A stretch of DNA of 63,500 bases, filler included, from Craspedostauros australis (GCA_030167865.1; 11 parts of 11 records of this genome joined end to end with filler, not necessarily neighbours in it); one strand, 5' to 3'; positions 1 through 11,789 are shown, numbered from the whole stretch's first letter. Notes: a model not told the origin generated them from the sequence alone. Numbers and translations are program-made.

Positions 1-570
1 AAACCGCGCGCTTGCTTGATGCTCGATGTGATGGATGCTGCTGTTGTGAGAGTGATGCGATGTCTCTGTTGTTTGCATCCTTTCTCTCTGCTTGCAATCC
101 TCGCCACTGCAACACGTCAGGATCCGTCTTGGTGTCAGAATCCAGATGTGTNATTCAATCTGGTTTCAGGGCATGTCAAGAGGAGGCTAGATCAGTACTT
201 GTTCGTCCGTGACCTGTCTCATTCTCTTCCAGTCATACCTCCTTAGTTGAGACACGAGTGGTTCTTTAGATGAACTTCAACTGCAGGCATCCACGAGAAA
301 CACCATGGGGAGGAGATAGTCTGTCCCTTATTGAACTTCAACTGCTCTCCTTGAATTGACGTGGGCGCATCACCAAGAAATTGCGAGACGCGAAGTACCC
401 AATGCAGCGCAGAGAGACAGAGAAAGATCCTATTATATGTCCTTGACTCTTCAAATCAATTCGCTTCTTGCCCACGAACTGGATACGCATTTGGGCATGT
501 ACCCCGGACGATCTTCGAGCACGCAAGTTATCCACACTGACTGCTATTCTTGAGAACACTCAACGATGAT

Positions 571-3500
571 CTATCGATACTGGAGCACGTGATGCTTCTG
601 CACCAGCATATCAACTTTCTTGTTGGCGCCCCACTCTTTGTACAGACGGATGGACTCCTGCAGGCGGGCTTTTGCTTCCTCTTTTTCACCTCTGCTCGCT
701 AGGAACGCTGAGTACCTCTCATTCGCAAGCGCCTCGTCGTGAGTATACTTGCGCTCGCGCATCATCCGGATCGCCTCTTCGTATTGCGTTGGTGCTCTTT
801 CGTCTCTCTTCTTCAAAAAGGACGCCTCCGCTTCCAGCAACGTGATGTAGTGCTCGCAGTTAGGATTTCCTTTCTTCTGCCATCGTTTCAGCACCTTCAA
901 GAACTTGCGAGCGTGCTTGGTGTAGTGCGATGGGTTGTTTTCGTGGGCCATGCAGAAGCAGCAAAGGGCACTTTGGAATAGCGCTGCATAAAGGTTACAA
1001 CTGGATGGTGCCTCCTTGAGCCACTTGAGGCAGGATCTGATCCCAATGTCTGATCCAAGCTGATATTCTCCAAAGTACATCGCAAGGTACAGCTTATGTA
1101 TTGCTTTCACTCGATCCTGCGCGACTGTCATTGAATAGCCCTCCTCGAACATCTGCTCGGTCTCGTCGAAAGCGTCTCCGATGAGCTTCGTGGTGTGATT
1201 GGAGGCGCCTCGAAGGTTCAAGGTACTCTGCCATGCCACCAAGTTTGCTTCGTATTGTGCGGTTTGTTGGAAGTCTCTGATGGTATTCGAATGGATGGAT
1301 GCATCTTTATCGAGGGACGCAAGTGGCTTCCCTATGCATAAGCCCACCAAGATATAGCAGTACAATGACCAAGCTGCTGATTCTACATCGCCAGTCGACA
1401 TACCCAATCTGGATGCCTCCAGGACTCCCTCGAAGCTCTCCGCAAGCGGATGTCTCCAATGATGCAGGCACCCGTAGTAGTTCAACTCGATCTTTCCATC
1501 CAAACTGCGATCATCCGATGCTTTCATGATCTTCAATGCCATGCGTCCGCATTTGTAGGTCAAGTCGATGTCCTCGAGAAGGAAAGCAATGAGGACACCC
1601 TGGAAGGTTAACATGGATGCTGAATGCGTCATGATTCCCAGTTTCAAGCTCAACCTCAAAGCCTTCACTACCACCAGAGGAATCAACTCAGGTGCATTGA
1701 CGTATGATATCGTGCTGAGCTTGTCCAATGTCTTCATGATGGCCTCCTGGTTTTCATCTTTCGATAACGAAAGGTTGTGTCCCAGTTCTGTCTCCAGCCG
1801 CCGGATGGTGCTCTTCGCCGTCATCAGGCCTCGAAGGACGTAGATCGCTTGGCCAAAGCTCGATGATGGAAGAGTGCAGCCGAGCTGGGACAGTAGATCT
1901 AGACACCTATCCACAGGTCCCTCTCCACCGGCACCGTGCATTCCGGCAGAGGTGATGTCGATCAGCACGTGGTATGCACGCACTTTGCTCATTATGTCGT
2001 AGTCCTGATTGATGATGGCCTCGCAGTACGATTGTGCCGTGGCGAAGTTGGTGGCAACGAAATGACTCTCTGCCGCCGATGAGTACAGCTCCAGGCTTTG
2101 CTCGGCCAGCATCTCCCAGTGGTTGTCGGGGAGGAGGTCGATTGCCATGGTGAAGTACGAAGATGCCAGATGGAAGGCCGATGCGTTGGCAGCCTGCTGG
2201 CCGGCCTTGTGGTTGAGCATGATGATCTTCATTCGGCGATCCAGCTTTCGATGGCTGGGCATGAGATCGGGCCTCGTATTGAGGAGGTTGGCGATCATGA
2301 AGATCTTGTCGCCGAGCTCAACATCGGACAGTGCGTACAGCAAGATCTCACCGACACGATACTTGAGCTCTGTGAGCTGGTCATCGGTTGGTATCATGGA
2401 CAGCGCGGCTTCTTGGACCTTGTCGTGGATGAAGGAGTACTGGAGGGACTTGGATCGCTTCGTGTTTGTGCTTGTGTTTGTGCCGTTGGCGTTGGCGGTC
2501 TTGTTCGTGTTGGACATTCGCCGGGAGCTCTCATCGGTTGATGCAGAGCGGTTCGAACGAGTACGTGATGATTTGACCTTCTCGATCAACGTTTCCGAAC
2601 AGAACGTCTTGAGCATGATCATGATCTCTGCCTCTTTCGTCATCTTCGTGACTTGGAAAACCTCGCGGAAGAACTTGGAGTGGCTGGAATGGATGAAGAG
2701 ACCTGCGATGACTGCACATACGTGCGAAGCAGAGAATGTCGCCCCGAGACAGGCCGCAATGGACAGCACCCAGTGCTCGGATGCGGACTTTCGAAGTCTC
2801 GTCTTCATGAGGTCCATGATGTTGTCGCCGGAAGTCGTTGAGTTGGATGTGATTGCGTTGATGTCCCAGGTCCATGGCGATTGGTGATCGGTATCATCCG
2901 ATGCCACCATGGTTGTTGCTGATGGAGTTGCTGTTGCAGTTGCAGTTGGAGTTGGATTGATGGTGATGAAACCATCCGTCACGAGAGAGTCGAGGAACTG
3001 CTGGATGAAGAACATATTGCCTCCGGTCTTGGCATGCACGACCTGAGCCAACGGCAGAAAGTGTGCAAGCGACGATTTGGCTTCAAGATAATCACCATCA
3101 TCTTCCTGATGCGATGACACGTAGAAAAGCCGTTGCAGGTACTCGGCGACCCCATCAACGCTCAAGTCCTCGACAGAGAGCTTGACGATTCGGATGGACC
3201 TCTCTCTCTTCGACTCTTCCAATGACATCAACATCGCCTTGAGACCCTGATTGACATCGAGCATGTTCGAGCGATACAGACCAATGATGGTGAGTGAGGC
3301 ACTGCGGCTGTCCATCAGCCAGGATTGAATGAGGCTCAATGATGCTCGATCGGCCCATTGCAGATCATCGATGACCATCACCACGGGGCAGTAGCTGCAG
3401 AGGATCTGCATGAACCTCCGGAGCATGTACGTGATTCGTTGTGTGTGGTTCTTGTAATTGACGGAAGATCCTGCTCCTGCCACACGACTGAACGTGGAGA

Positions 3501-4107
3501 TAGAGATGGAAGCATCGGAAGCATGAGGTAGAGATGATGGAGATGATGTGACAGACCCAAGATTGATTCCGCCGGCGGATGGGTAGGACGTTCTCAGAGC
3601 CATGATGGTGTCGATGTTTGGGATGACGTGAGAGAGCAGCTCGAGCTCTGCGGACGTCAGTCCTTTCGACACCAACGATGCAAGTGTCCGTGGTTTGGCT
3701 CCGGAGATCTGCGCGCCGGATTTGTGGCCGGTAGACGCTTTCATCTCAGATTGAGCTCTGCTTACCACTTGCTCGCACAGCTCCATCATGGCTGATTGGA
3801 TGCCAGCGTACGGAACACCTTCCTTCTTGGTGGACAGCTCGCATTTCCCGGCGGCGAAGAAGCCACGGAAGCATTTGCTTGCATCGGTGTTGTTGGTGGT
3901 GACAGCTTCTGTGGTGGCATGGCTGGCTTCGTCGTGGTTGCCGGGGGGTGCTGTTGGAGGCAGGAGGCTGTCGCGCACATGGCGGACGAGCGCCGACTTG
4001 CCGCTTCCCGATTGGCCAGAGATCAGCACCAATGATCGAATCTGGCGTTGGATGAAAGATGGTGCTGGGGACGAGCAGTTCGTTTCTGCGTAATCGCTGC
4101 GGCTGTC
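571..4107 (-). CDS. AAA_16/STAND-type ATPase with C-terminal TPR-like helical region (5'-partial; frame open to contig end)
   Basis: Walker A GQSGSGKS, Walker B VMVIDDLQWAD, KTGGNMFFIQQFL, YSFIHDKVQEAAL and terminal HDEALANER...AIRLYKEWGANKKV. These motifs match the ATPase module of kinase/ATPase/histidine-kinase hybrid proteins. No stop between 4032 and the contig end at 4107. Confidence 0.88.
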   Translation of the reverse strand, partial: DSRSDYAETNCSSPAPSFIQRQIRSLVLISGQSGSGKSALVRHVRDSLLPPTAPPGNHDEASHATTEAVTTNNTDASKCFRGFFAAGKCELSTKKEGVPYAGIQSAMMELCEQVVSRAQSEMKASTGHKSGAQISGAKPRTLASLVSKGLTSAELELLSHVIPNIDTIMALRTSYPSAGGINLGSVTSSPSSLPHASDASISISTFSRVAGAGSSVNYKNHTQRITYMLRRFMQILCSYCPVVMVIDDLQWADRASLSLIQSWLMDSRSASLTIIGLYRSNMLDVNQGLKAMLMSLEESKRERSIRIVKLSVEDLSVDGVAEYLQRLFYVSSHQEDDGDYLEAKSSLAHFLPLAQVVHAKTGGNMFFIQQFLDSLVTDGFITINPTPTATATATPSATTMVASDDTDHQSPWTWDINAITSNSTTSGDNIMDLMKTRLRKSASEHWVLSIAACLGATFSASHVCAVIAGLFIHSSHSKFFREVFQVTKMTKEAEIMIMLKTFCSETLIEKVKSSRTRSNRSASTDESSRRMSNTNKTANANGTNTSTNTKRSKSLQYSFIHDKVQEAALSMIPTDDQLTELKYRVGEILLYALSDVELGDKIFMIANLLNTRPDLMPSHRKLDRRMKIIMLNHKAGQQAANASAFHLASSYFTMAIDLLPDNHWEMLAEQSLELYSSAAESHFVATNFATAQSYCEAIINQDYDIMSKVRAYHVLIDITSAGMHGAGGEGPVDRCLDLLSQLGCTLPSSSFGQAIYVLRGLMTAKSTIRRLETELGHNLSLSKDENQEAIMKTLDKLSTISYVNAPELIPLVVVKALRLSLKLGIMTHSASMLTFQGVLIAFLLEDIDLTYKCGRMALKIMKASDDRSLDGKIELNYYGCLHHWRHPLAESFEGVLEASRLGMSTGDVESAAWSLYCYILVGLCIGKPLASLDKDASIHSNTIRDFQQTAQYEANLVAWQSTLNLRGASNHTTKLIGDAFDETEQMFEEGYSMTVAQDRVKAIHKLYLAMYFGEYQLGSDIGIRSCLKWLKEAPSSCNLYAALFQSALCCFCMAHENNPSHYTKHARKFLKVLKRWQKKGNPNCEHYITLLEAEASFLKKRDERAPTQYEEAIRMMRERKYTHDEALANERYSAFLASRGEKEEAKARLQESIRLYKEWGANKKVDMLVQKHHVLQYR

Positions 4108-4207
4108 NNNNNNNNNNNNNNNNNNNNNNNNNNNNNNNNNNNNNNNNNNNNTTAATTAATTAANNNNNNNNNNNNNNNNNNNNNNNNNNNNNNNNNNNNN
4201 NNNNNNN
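4108..4207. other. Artificial contig spacer (44N-TTAATTAATTAA-44N). Same spacer at 15268-15367, 19664-19763, 48978-49077, 50160-50259, 51517-51616, 55556-55655, 58611-58710, 59876-59975 and 62218-62317
   Basis: An identical 100-bp unit with six-frame stop codons occurs ten times. Confidence 0.98.
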
Positions 4208-4495
4208 TGCCCTAAGTGCTAAGCTTCGTACGGATGGCAACGCAACAAAGAAGTCGTTCGTCTATCTAAGTTCGTTCATGGAGCGTTATCCCGTCAAGGG
4301 CATCTTGCTGAACTCAACAAACTTCGGCCAGCGAAATATTCCCAATCTCGCTCCATCTCGATCAACAGCTCCCTCTCTCTCTGTCTGCTCGCAATCACTC
4401 GCACAGCACCTCGATACACCGCAATGAACCTCACTATGCATCCCGCACCTCAAGCAACTAATCATAAATCACTCGTTATCAGATTACAAGAGACC

Positions 4496-5074
4496 TTCGA
4501 TGGTGCCCAACTTGGCCACGCTCCGCAGTTGCGCTTCTTCATGTGATACCATAGCTCGTGGAATATGAGTATAGTACATCCCTCTGTGATGGTCTTGGGG
4601 GAGTCAACCACGAAACTTCTCCGATCGATACAGTTCTTCGGCAGTTGGATGTCATCAAACGACTCCGATGGGCAGATCCACGATGTGACGAGTCCACGAT
4701 GCGAGGAATCCACCACGATGACTTCTTCCGTGGACATCAGAGGTGTTTCTCGTGTTTTGTCGAGGGGATGATGACGATGATGACGATGATGACACCACTC
4801 GTGTTTCAATCGACAACAAACGTATCCAGGACTCGTCTCGCTTCACCCAATCATTGCGAATTCTGCGGCGAATGGATCAACCATCAGTCTTCTGATCAAC
4901 ACGGAGCATGTGTGAGAGGATTCGTTCTGTGGCGATGACGATGGCCATGGTGGTGCTGTTGCAGACATTGCTGCAGAATACCGAGACAGATCGTCACAAC
5001 CGCAACGCTCGCATGATGATCACTGTCACCATCAAGTGTCTACCCTCAGAGTACGTATGCCAACACTCTCTCTC
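4496..5074 (+). repeat. Direct repeat, copy 1 (~580 bp; copy 2 at 9433-10018)
   Basis: Colinear similarity from tggtgcccaacttggccacgct to tacgtaNNccaacactctctc, with an identical ~95-bp core. Confidence 0.92.
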
Positions 5075-5654
5075 TCGCTTCTCTCTCTGCTTCGAGAGAC
5101 AGACTTCGAACGATGCTGGCTGGTTGACTTGGTTCCTCACTCATTGATCGCCCAACCACAGAGGCAGCCACAACCAGAACAATCACAGCAAAGACAGCAA
5201 TGGCAGCAATGGCTGCAATGGCATCGTTGATGCATCAAAAGAGGATGATTGGTGTCATCTGCATTGCGTGCATGGTGGTGGCAACGGACTCACTGTCATC
5301 ACCATCCCCGACACTTTTCTTCCGTTGTGGATTGAGGACCTTCGAGGGCCATTTCCTCTGACAGGCCCAACAACCGCAACAGCGACACCACCATCAACAT
5401 CAACCACATTGTAGCGTCGCGTTGCATCAGCCCATTGCCTCAATAATCACTGGACAGAGAGAGGGAGAGAGAGTGGATCCACCACTGGACATTGGACATT
5501 GGATACTGGATGCTGCGCCATCGGCAATCACGTTCGTTGCGACAGGCCGTCCATTGGACATTCAACATTGTGCGATTGAACGATTGAACGAAGCAACAGA
5601 GCAGATCATTCCCAAAACAACGCTCCACAACACAACCCAAGACAACACAAATCG

Positions 5655-7215
5655 ATGGAAGACAACACATTCCCATTCACCAGCAAGGCTTCACGGTCGT
5701 CCTCCTCCACGTCCGGCATTGAACGCAAGACCGGCCACCAGTATGACCGCAACTCTGCGCCATCACCAAGCTCCATGTCGTCATCGGCAGCATCATCGGC
5801 AGCATCATCGCCCACCGGCTACGCCTCTGCCTACACCTCCAAGTACATGGACGACCTGGGCAGCAAGCAGCAGACCGTGTACAGCGATGACAATGAGGCA
5901 GAGTTCTCCATGCACTTGCAGCAGGACTTCGACACTGACATGGTGGACTCTATCAGCGCGAGGAGGGCGGTGGACAGCAACGAGGAGCCCTTCGACGAAG
6001 GCCTGGATGACGACATTGACAGCGACAACAGCGACGACGATGAAGGTGTCAACGCGGCCGACGCCAACAGCCACAGTCGCAGCCACAGTCACAACGTCAG
6101 CGCGGGTGCCGGCGCCAACACGCAGCAGATAGACGACGACATCGATAGCGCGTGTTCCGATGAGGAGGTGGGCGACAAGACGACCGACGGAGGCTTCGAC
6201 GAGTTCACAGACAAGGACGACTGCATTCGAGACGACTCCTTTCGTGACGAATTCCGTTCCACATCCTACCAGCACCCACGCCCGATCGGAACATCTCCCA
6301 ACACCACCACCGCGCCATCCAGGACGCCCCCACCAACCAGAGGCAGCCCCAACACCTCCTCCAACGGGAGCTCGTTCTTCGGCTTCTCCGCCGCCAAGAG
6401 GATGTCCTCCATCTGCCAGAAATGTGGACTGGAGTCTGTCGTCGAAGGTGAGGAGAGCGACGAGATGGAGCGACCATCCACCAGAAATGTCAACAAACGC
6501 AAGCCAGGCGAATTCGGTGCCCATTCCAACGGGGATTCCGGCCTCTTCTCCTCCATGGTCTCCGCCAAAAACGACAGCTCCCAGCACACGGCCGCCACCT
6601 CCAATTCATCCAACAGCAACCATGGCAACAAGGACTCCATCAACTCCCTTTCCAAGGAATCCAACCACAGCAATGTGGACATGAACATGAACGGTGAGGA
6701 TCCAGCTTCCACCAAAGACCCAACGTCAATGCACATCTCCACATCCACCAACCGTCTCATGAGCAGTAGTTCCGCTTCAGCCGGAGTGGTCTTGGACAAA
6801 AGCCAATCCACTCATTCCGCCATCCTCCTCAACGACCAACGAGGACATGCCCACCCAGCTCGTCTCGCGCACCAACTCCATCGAAATATCCTTCACTCCC
6901 ATGATGCCCGCAACTGCTCCGGCGCAAACCATCACTCAAGATCCACCAGTCAAGCAGCTCACGCGAAAAGAATCCATCGGACCCTCCAAGGGATCCAGCA
7001 AGCATCTCGATCCGAAGAACATGATCGAACAGGACACCGGCAACACCACAAGCATGCATTCCGTTGACATTGAGGCGCAGACGGCCACCACCACCACAAC
7101 GCCGACGCTGCAGGAACCAGAACCGACCAAAAGCAACCTCATGGTCCCCGTCATCAGCGTGGCTGTCCTCATCGTGGGTGGTGGCATCGCAGCAGGCGTC
7201 GTGCTCGCGGGCTGA
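5655..7215 (+). CDS. Low-complexity Ser/Asp-rich protein with C-terminal transmembrane anchor (needs one frame change near 6786-6845)
   Basis: ORF 5655-7067 overlaps ORF 6847-7215, which ends DIEAQ...LMVPVISVAVLIVGGGIAAGVVLAG-stop (hydrophobic tail). The protein-like sequence switches frame in the overlap. Confidence 0.6.
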
Positions 7216-7648
7216 AACATCAGTTTTGTTTTGCAACTCTCGCTGCCGACGCCTCTGACTTTCGTTGACCGCAAGTCAAACATGCCGATCACCGGAGATA
7301 GAGTATCCCAAATAGTAGTATCGTATCATAGTATCATCGTGACTCTCTTTGCTTTGTTTGGTGTTGACGCTGCGCGAGGCGGTTTCTCGTCGTTGCAGTT
7401 TTGTGGTCCTTCAGGAATGCGCACGGGCATGGACATATTCGACTCGCTTGCAGTCAGTGGATTTGGATGAGAGAAGTTGTCCTACAGTTGTTTAAGGTGA
7501 TACAGCATCGCATCAATCATCGACACACCTTTCTTCGCTTTGTGAACACCGAGCACCAATCACAAGCTCCATCGTTTTCACGAGTGTGGCCAGTTGGCTG
7601 CCAATTTCATTGCGCTGGCAGAAGGCCCATGATCTTATCACTGCGGCG

Positions 7649-9013
7649 CTATTTCTTCTGTCGTTTCTGATCATGATGTTGGGCAATACGACTACGATCG
7701 TCCCATGTCTGTTTCAACATGTCACTGCACTGCAGCAGAAGATGGAATATCTCGTTTGTGGAACCTATTGGATCAATTCTACCCCAAGGTGTGTTTGTTC
7801 TCATCAGCACCTTCCCAAACAGGGCCTGTGGTCGCGACCATGTCGGAAAGGAACGCAGCACTTCTCTCACCTTGTTGCGATAATTTCGCCGCAAGATACG
7901 TTCAACAAGTGCATCGTACCAGTGGTCATGTTCATTGGGAAGGCTTGGAGAAATGCGGAGATAGATGAGTTGGGTAGTCTCCTCCAAGGCTTGCTCAAGT
8001 GCTTCCATTTGCGCCAAGAGGATCTCAGGCGAAACCTCAGGCATGCTGGGATCACCATCGACAGAGTATGTGAGAGATGACAAGCTCTTGTTTCCCAGGA
8101 GCGATATCAATGCATCGAGCTTTGTATGCTGCACTTGTGGCGGTCGCTCGAACCAATGATTGGAGAACCTGAGCTTCTTCAGGTGTGATGCATCTGAAAG
8201 GAGTTTGATGATCAGGTTGATGTTTTGTGACAAGGAGGTTTGTTGGGTGTAGCAGAGCCAAAACCAATCGATGTTGAGCTTGTTGATGCGCTTGTTTGAC
8301 TGGAATAGCTTTGCCAAGCTATCGCGAGTGATACGGGTGGCTGGAAAGGATACTTCGGTGACGCTGCAATTGTTTGGAGACAGCCATCGGCACAAATCAG
8401 CGCCCCAATTGGCAAGCTTGCAGGCGCTAAACTCAATCTGTTTCGAGTTTTGGGAGATGTTGAACATGAGGTTGTCGCAATCAACAAGATCACATGAGTA
8501 CAACTTCACACGATGTGTCACAAGAGGGATATCGTGGAGCTGCTTCGTCTTCACGAAACATTGAGTCAATTGGATGCCTTCGTCGAGTGAAGATTTGGGT
8601 GGATGTTCGGTAGCCAATCGAAGTACGAATCGAATCGCTTGCTTGTCTTCTTCTCCGAATTGGTCATTGCTGCCAAATTCCAGATGCAGGGATCGAATGC
8701 GCATTCGTCGACCGCCCTGGCGAAGCGAAACGCTCAGTAGAACACGAGGTGATAAAGCAACGTCCTTGTGCCGCTTCACCATCGATTCCAAGTCATCAAA
8801 AGTGAATCCTGCTTCGATGGCCCTGTCCCAGTATTCCATCCGCTTAGATGTGATGTCGCAGCATTTGACTCTCATACGGTAGGTGCGATCCATAACGACG
8901 ATGGTCGTCTGTGACAGCTCTTTTGCATAGAGCTGTTTCCAGAAAGTCTTGAAGTCTGGATCATGATCGCTGTTGGTATTGGTGTTGGCGACAGCATCCA
9001 TGTTGCAGTTCAT
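7649..9013 (-). CDS. Hypothetical protein, possibly LRR/RNI-like
   Basis: Long ORF (open to 9202; first ATG at 9013) with LxxLxL/F periodicity (LKKLRFSN, INKLNID, LSSLTYS, LIYLRIS) and an ILRRN motif near the C-terminus. Confidence 0.6.
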   Translation of the reverse strand: MNCNMDAVANTNTNSDHDPDFKTFWKQLYAKELSQTTIVVMDRTYRMRVKCCDITSKRMEYWDRAIEAGFTFDDLESMVKRHKDVALSPRVLLSVSLRQGGRRMRIRSLHLEFGSNDQFGEEDKQAIRFVLRLATEHPPKSSLDEGIQLTQCFVKTKQLHDIPLVTHRVKLYSCDLVDCDNLMFNISQNSKQIEFSACKLANWGADLCRWLSPNNCSVTEVSFPATRITRDSLAKLFQSNKRINKLNIDWFWLCYTQQTSLSQNINLIIKLLSDASHLKKLRFSNHWFERPPQVQHTKLDALISLLGNKSLSSLTYSVDGDPSMPEVSPEILLAQMEALEQALEETTQLIYLRISPSLPNEHDHWYDALVERILRRNYRNKVREVLRSFPTWSRPQALFGKVLMRTNTPWGRIDPIGSTNEIFHLLLQCSDMLKQTWDDRSRIAQHHDQKRQKK

Positions 9014-9022
9014 CCTTTTCTT

Positions 9023-9189
9023 GTCGTTACTGTCGTCGTTACTGTCGTCGTTACTGTCGTCGTTACTGTCGTCGTTACTGTCGTCGTTATTGTTGCTGAT
9101 GGTTGTTGCTTGTTGTCGTTGGTGGTACGATCGTACGAGTAGAGCAGGTAGAGCTGGGAGAGCAGGTAGAGCTGGGAGAGCAGGTAGAG
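9023..9189. repeat. Minisatellites: 12-bp (gttactgtcgtc)n and 9-bp (agagcaggt/agagctggg)n
   Basis: Directly visible tandem arrays. Confidence 0.85.
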
Positions 9190-9432
9190 TATGTCGTCCC
9201 AAATCAGCTGCGCTTGGATGGCGATTGTGAGCTCATCTGATGAAATTTGATGTCCTCCATTTCATGATCCTGCGCATTGATCACGAAGCAACATATCGTC
9301 AGCCAACACGCCTTCATGGACTTGCGCAGTTCCACTACAGTGTATGGTGTGGTTCGGTGTGGTATGGTGTGATAGTACGACCGTTGACAGCCACACCATG
9401 ATCCGAAGCTCGCTCGCTCGCACGATACGACT

Positions 9433-10018
9433 TTCGGTGGTGCCCAACTTGGCCACGCTGTGCAGTTGCGCCTCTTTATGCGATACCATTGTTTGCGTAA
9501 TATGAGTAGGCACATCCCTCTGCGATGGTCTTGGGGGAGTCAACCATTATGCCATACGCATGCATGCTATCATATGTACTTCGGCAGTTGGATGTCATCG
9601 AACGACTGCAATGGGCGGATCTACGATGTGACGAATCCTCTGCGGCGCGAGGAATCCTCCACCACGACTTCTTTGGCGGACATCAGAGACGTTTCCCGCG
9701 TTTTGTCGAGAACATGACGATGGTGATGACGATGATGACACCACTCGTGTTTCAATCGACAACAAACGTATCCAGGACTCGTCTCGCTTCACCCAATCAT
9801 TGCGAATTCTGCGGCGAATGAATCAACCATCAGTCTTTTGATCAACAACGAACATTCGAGAGACGATCCATTTCGCGACGATGACGATGATGGCCATGGT
9901 GCTGTTGCAGACATCACTGCAGAATACCGATACAGATCGTTGCAATCGCAACGCTCACCGATGATCACCGTTGCCATCAAGTGTCTATCCACAGTGTACG
10001 TATACCAACACTCTCTCT
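9433..10018 (+). repeat. Direct repeat, copy 2 (copy 1 at 4496-5074)
   Basis: Same colinear similarity as copy 1. Confidence 0.92.
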
Positions 10019-10310
10019 TTCTCCAGAGAAACAGGGTTGGCACCCTGTTCTGTAGAGTTTACTTGCTAACCCTTCGACGAGGTCATCGTCGAAGGTATGA
10101 GATTTTGTTTTGGTCAGCAAACTCAACCAGCCGAAGGGTTGCTGGCTGGAATGCGATAGAGTTCATGAGGTCACGCAAATACGATTTGCTATCGAAGCTG
10201 CCTCTTTATTCCTACTCTTGTTGTATGGTACACTTATATTCTCGGATGTGAGACAAAAATCCACTGTCCTTCGCTCTCTCTCTCTCTCTCTCTGTTCTGC
10301 TCTCCCCCTT

Positions 10311-11303
10311 TTACAGCTGCTCGCGCTCAGGGCGCCCTGTCACAAGATGCCACAGCCGCCTCGAACTTTGATCATGGCGTGACGTCTCACAGATCAGCAC
10401 CGCAGATGCGTGCGGCACGTGCGGCTCAGCATCCCCAACGAATGCGACGTTGAGCATCATGTGACGATCCGAGCCGCTGAGTGGAATGCGCAACGGATTG
10501 GGTGCCAGCTGAAGATTCCTGCCGCTGAAGCAATTCGCGCGGCGCAGTTGGGTTGCGGAGATTCTGTATTTGAGACAGATGCCTTCGAAGGTATCTCCCT
10601 TGTTGACTTCGTGTTCTGCATAACATACGACGGAGGCGTTGGTGATGGTCGATTCGGGATCCGTTGTTGAGATTGATACTGGCGTCGTCGTTGGGGTAAC
10701 GTCAGCTTGTGGTGCAACTGATCTGTCACGCAGGGATGATGTCAATGACCTCCGTGAGGCAGACCGCGACGTCCGGTTGCTTCGACCGTCATCACTGTCG
10801 TCAATGGGAGCCACATCTGCGATGGGGATGTGTTGAAAGTCAAGGCCGCGGTTGTTGGTTCCTACTCTCTCGGGATCTTCATGGATGGAAGCAGGATCAG
10901 GAGTGGAGTTGCTGCTGCCATTTTCTCCGCTCAGATTGTGCGCCGAAGCTTCACCGTGCGCACGCACACGAGTGGAAGGACGATCGCAAAGACATGCGCT
11001 CATGTTCTCAATTGCTGTTTGTGCAGCATCCATGTCCTGGGTTTGCGTCATCCCAGTGTCAGCGCTCACAGACCAAGGTGATGCTGCAAGCAATCTTGGG
11101 AAGCATCGGCGGGATGCGTGGTTGTCTTCTGACATGATGTTGCCTGTCATCGGATCGCAGAGTGTGGAATGGCAGGCTACTCTTGGTCTGATCGGCAGCG
11201 CGGCGGAGTGCGAAAGCCAGCAACGACAAGAATGATGAGCCATTTGGCTGGTCTCTCTTGTCTCCATTGCCAAACATCCCAGCGTCATGCCTTGGGTCTC
11301 CAC
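10311..11303 (-). CDS. LysM-domain protein (start uncertain)
   Basis: EHEVNKGDTFEGICLKYRISATQLRRANCFSGRNLQLAPNPLRIP is a canonical LysM motif. Confidence 0.8.
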   Translation of the reverse strand: METQGMTLGCLAMETRETSQMAHHSCRCWLSHSAALPIRPRVACHSTLCDPMTGNIMSEDNHASRRCFPRLLAASPWSVSADTGMTQTQDMDAAQTAIENMSACLCDRPSTRVRAHGEASAHNLSGENGSSNSTPDPASIHEDPERVGTNNRGLDFQHIPIADVAPIDDSDDGRSNRTSRSASRRSLTSSLRDRSVAPQADVTPTTTPVSISTTDPESTITNASVVCYAEHEVNKGDTFEGICLKYRISATQLRRANCFSGRNLQLAPNPLRIPLSGSDRHMMLNVAFVGDAEPHVPHASAVLICETSRHDQSSRRLWHLVTGRPEREQL

Positions 11304-11789
11304 AACAGTGTTGACATTGACGCTGACACTGACCCCTTCGTCTCTCTTCTCAGCAGAAACAGAAGTAGCATCAACACTGATGTTGTTGATGTCGTCACTT
11401 TTTGTTCTTTTGTGTTTCGATTCGTTCTCAGAACTGTTTCATTCGTTTCTTCCTTGTTCTTCGGGATTCAACTTTGACATGGCCGTCGCGTGAATCAAAG
11501 GACAGAACTTCAAGTTCAGCCTCATTACTTAACCAATGGACGTTAAATACGTTACAAGAGAAATTCAAAATGTAGGCAAGTGTTTTGTGTTTGAGATTGG
11601 TGTCGAATGAGTACCTGTCCTTGTTGTCACCTCGTGCACCAAAGATACGGTCGCTGTTGACGATGGCGAAGACTCTTCGCCTCCATCCATCCATGCGATA
11701 CTCGCTCACTTCATAATTCCTTGGTTGTGTCATCGTGTGGCACCGCACAAAGTCTAGAGGGACGACGGCAACCAGGAAGTCGTGACCGC

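Noticed and set aside
4152..4163. Recurrent TTAATTAATTAA palindrome as a biological repeat or TTAA target site
   Set aside because: Always centred in 88 Ns. It is an artificial contig linker.
9023..9189. Short periodic repeats as a CRISPR-like array
   Set aside because: Head-to-tail minisatellites with no unique spacers and no cas genes, in a eukaryotic context.
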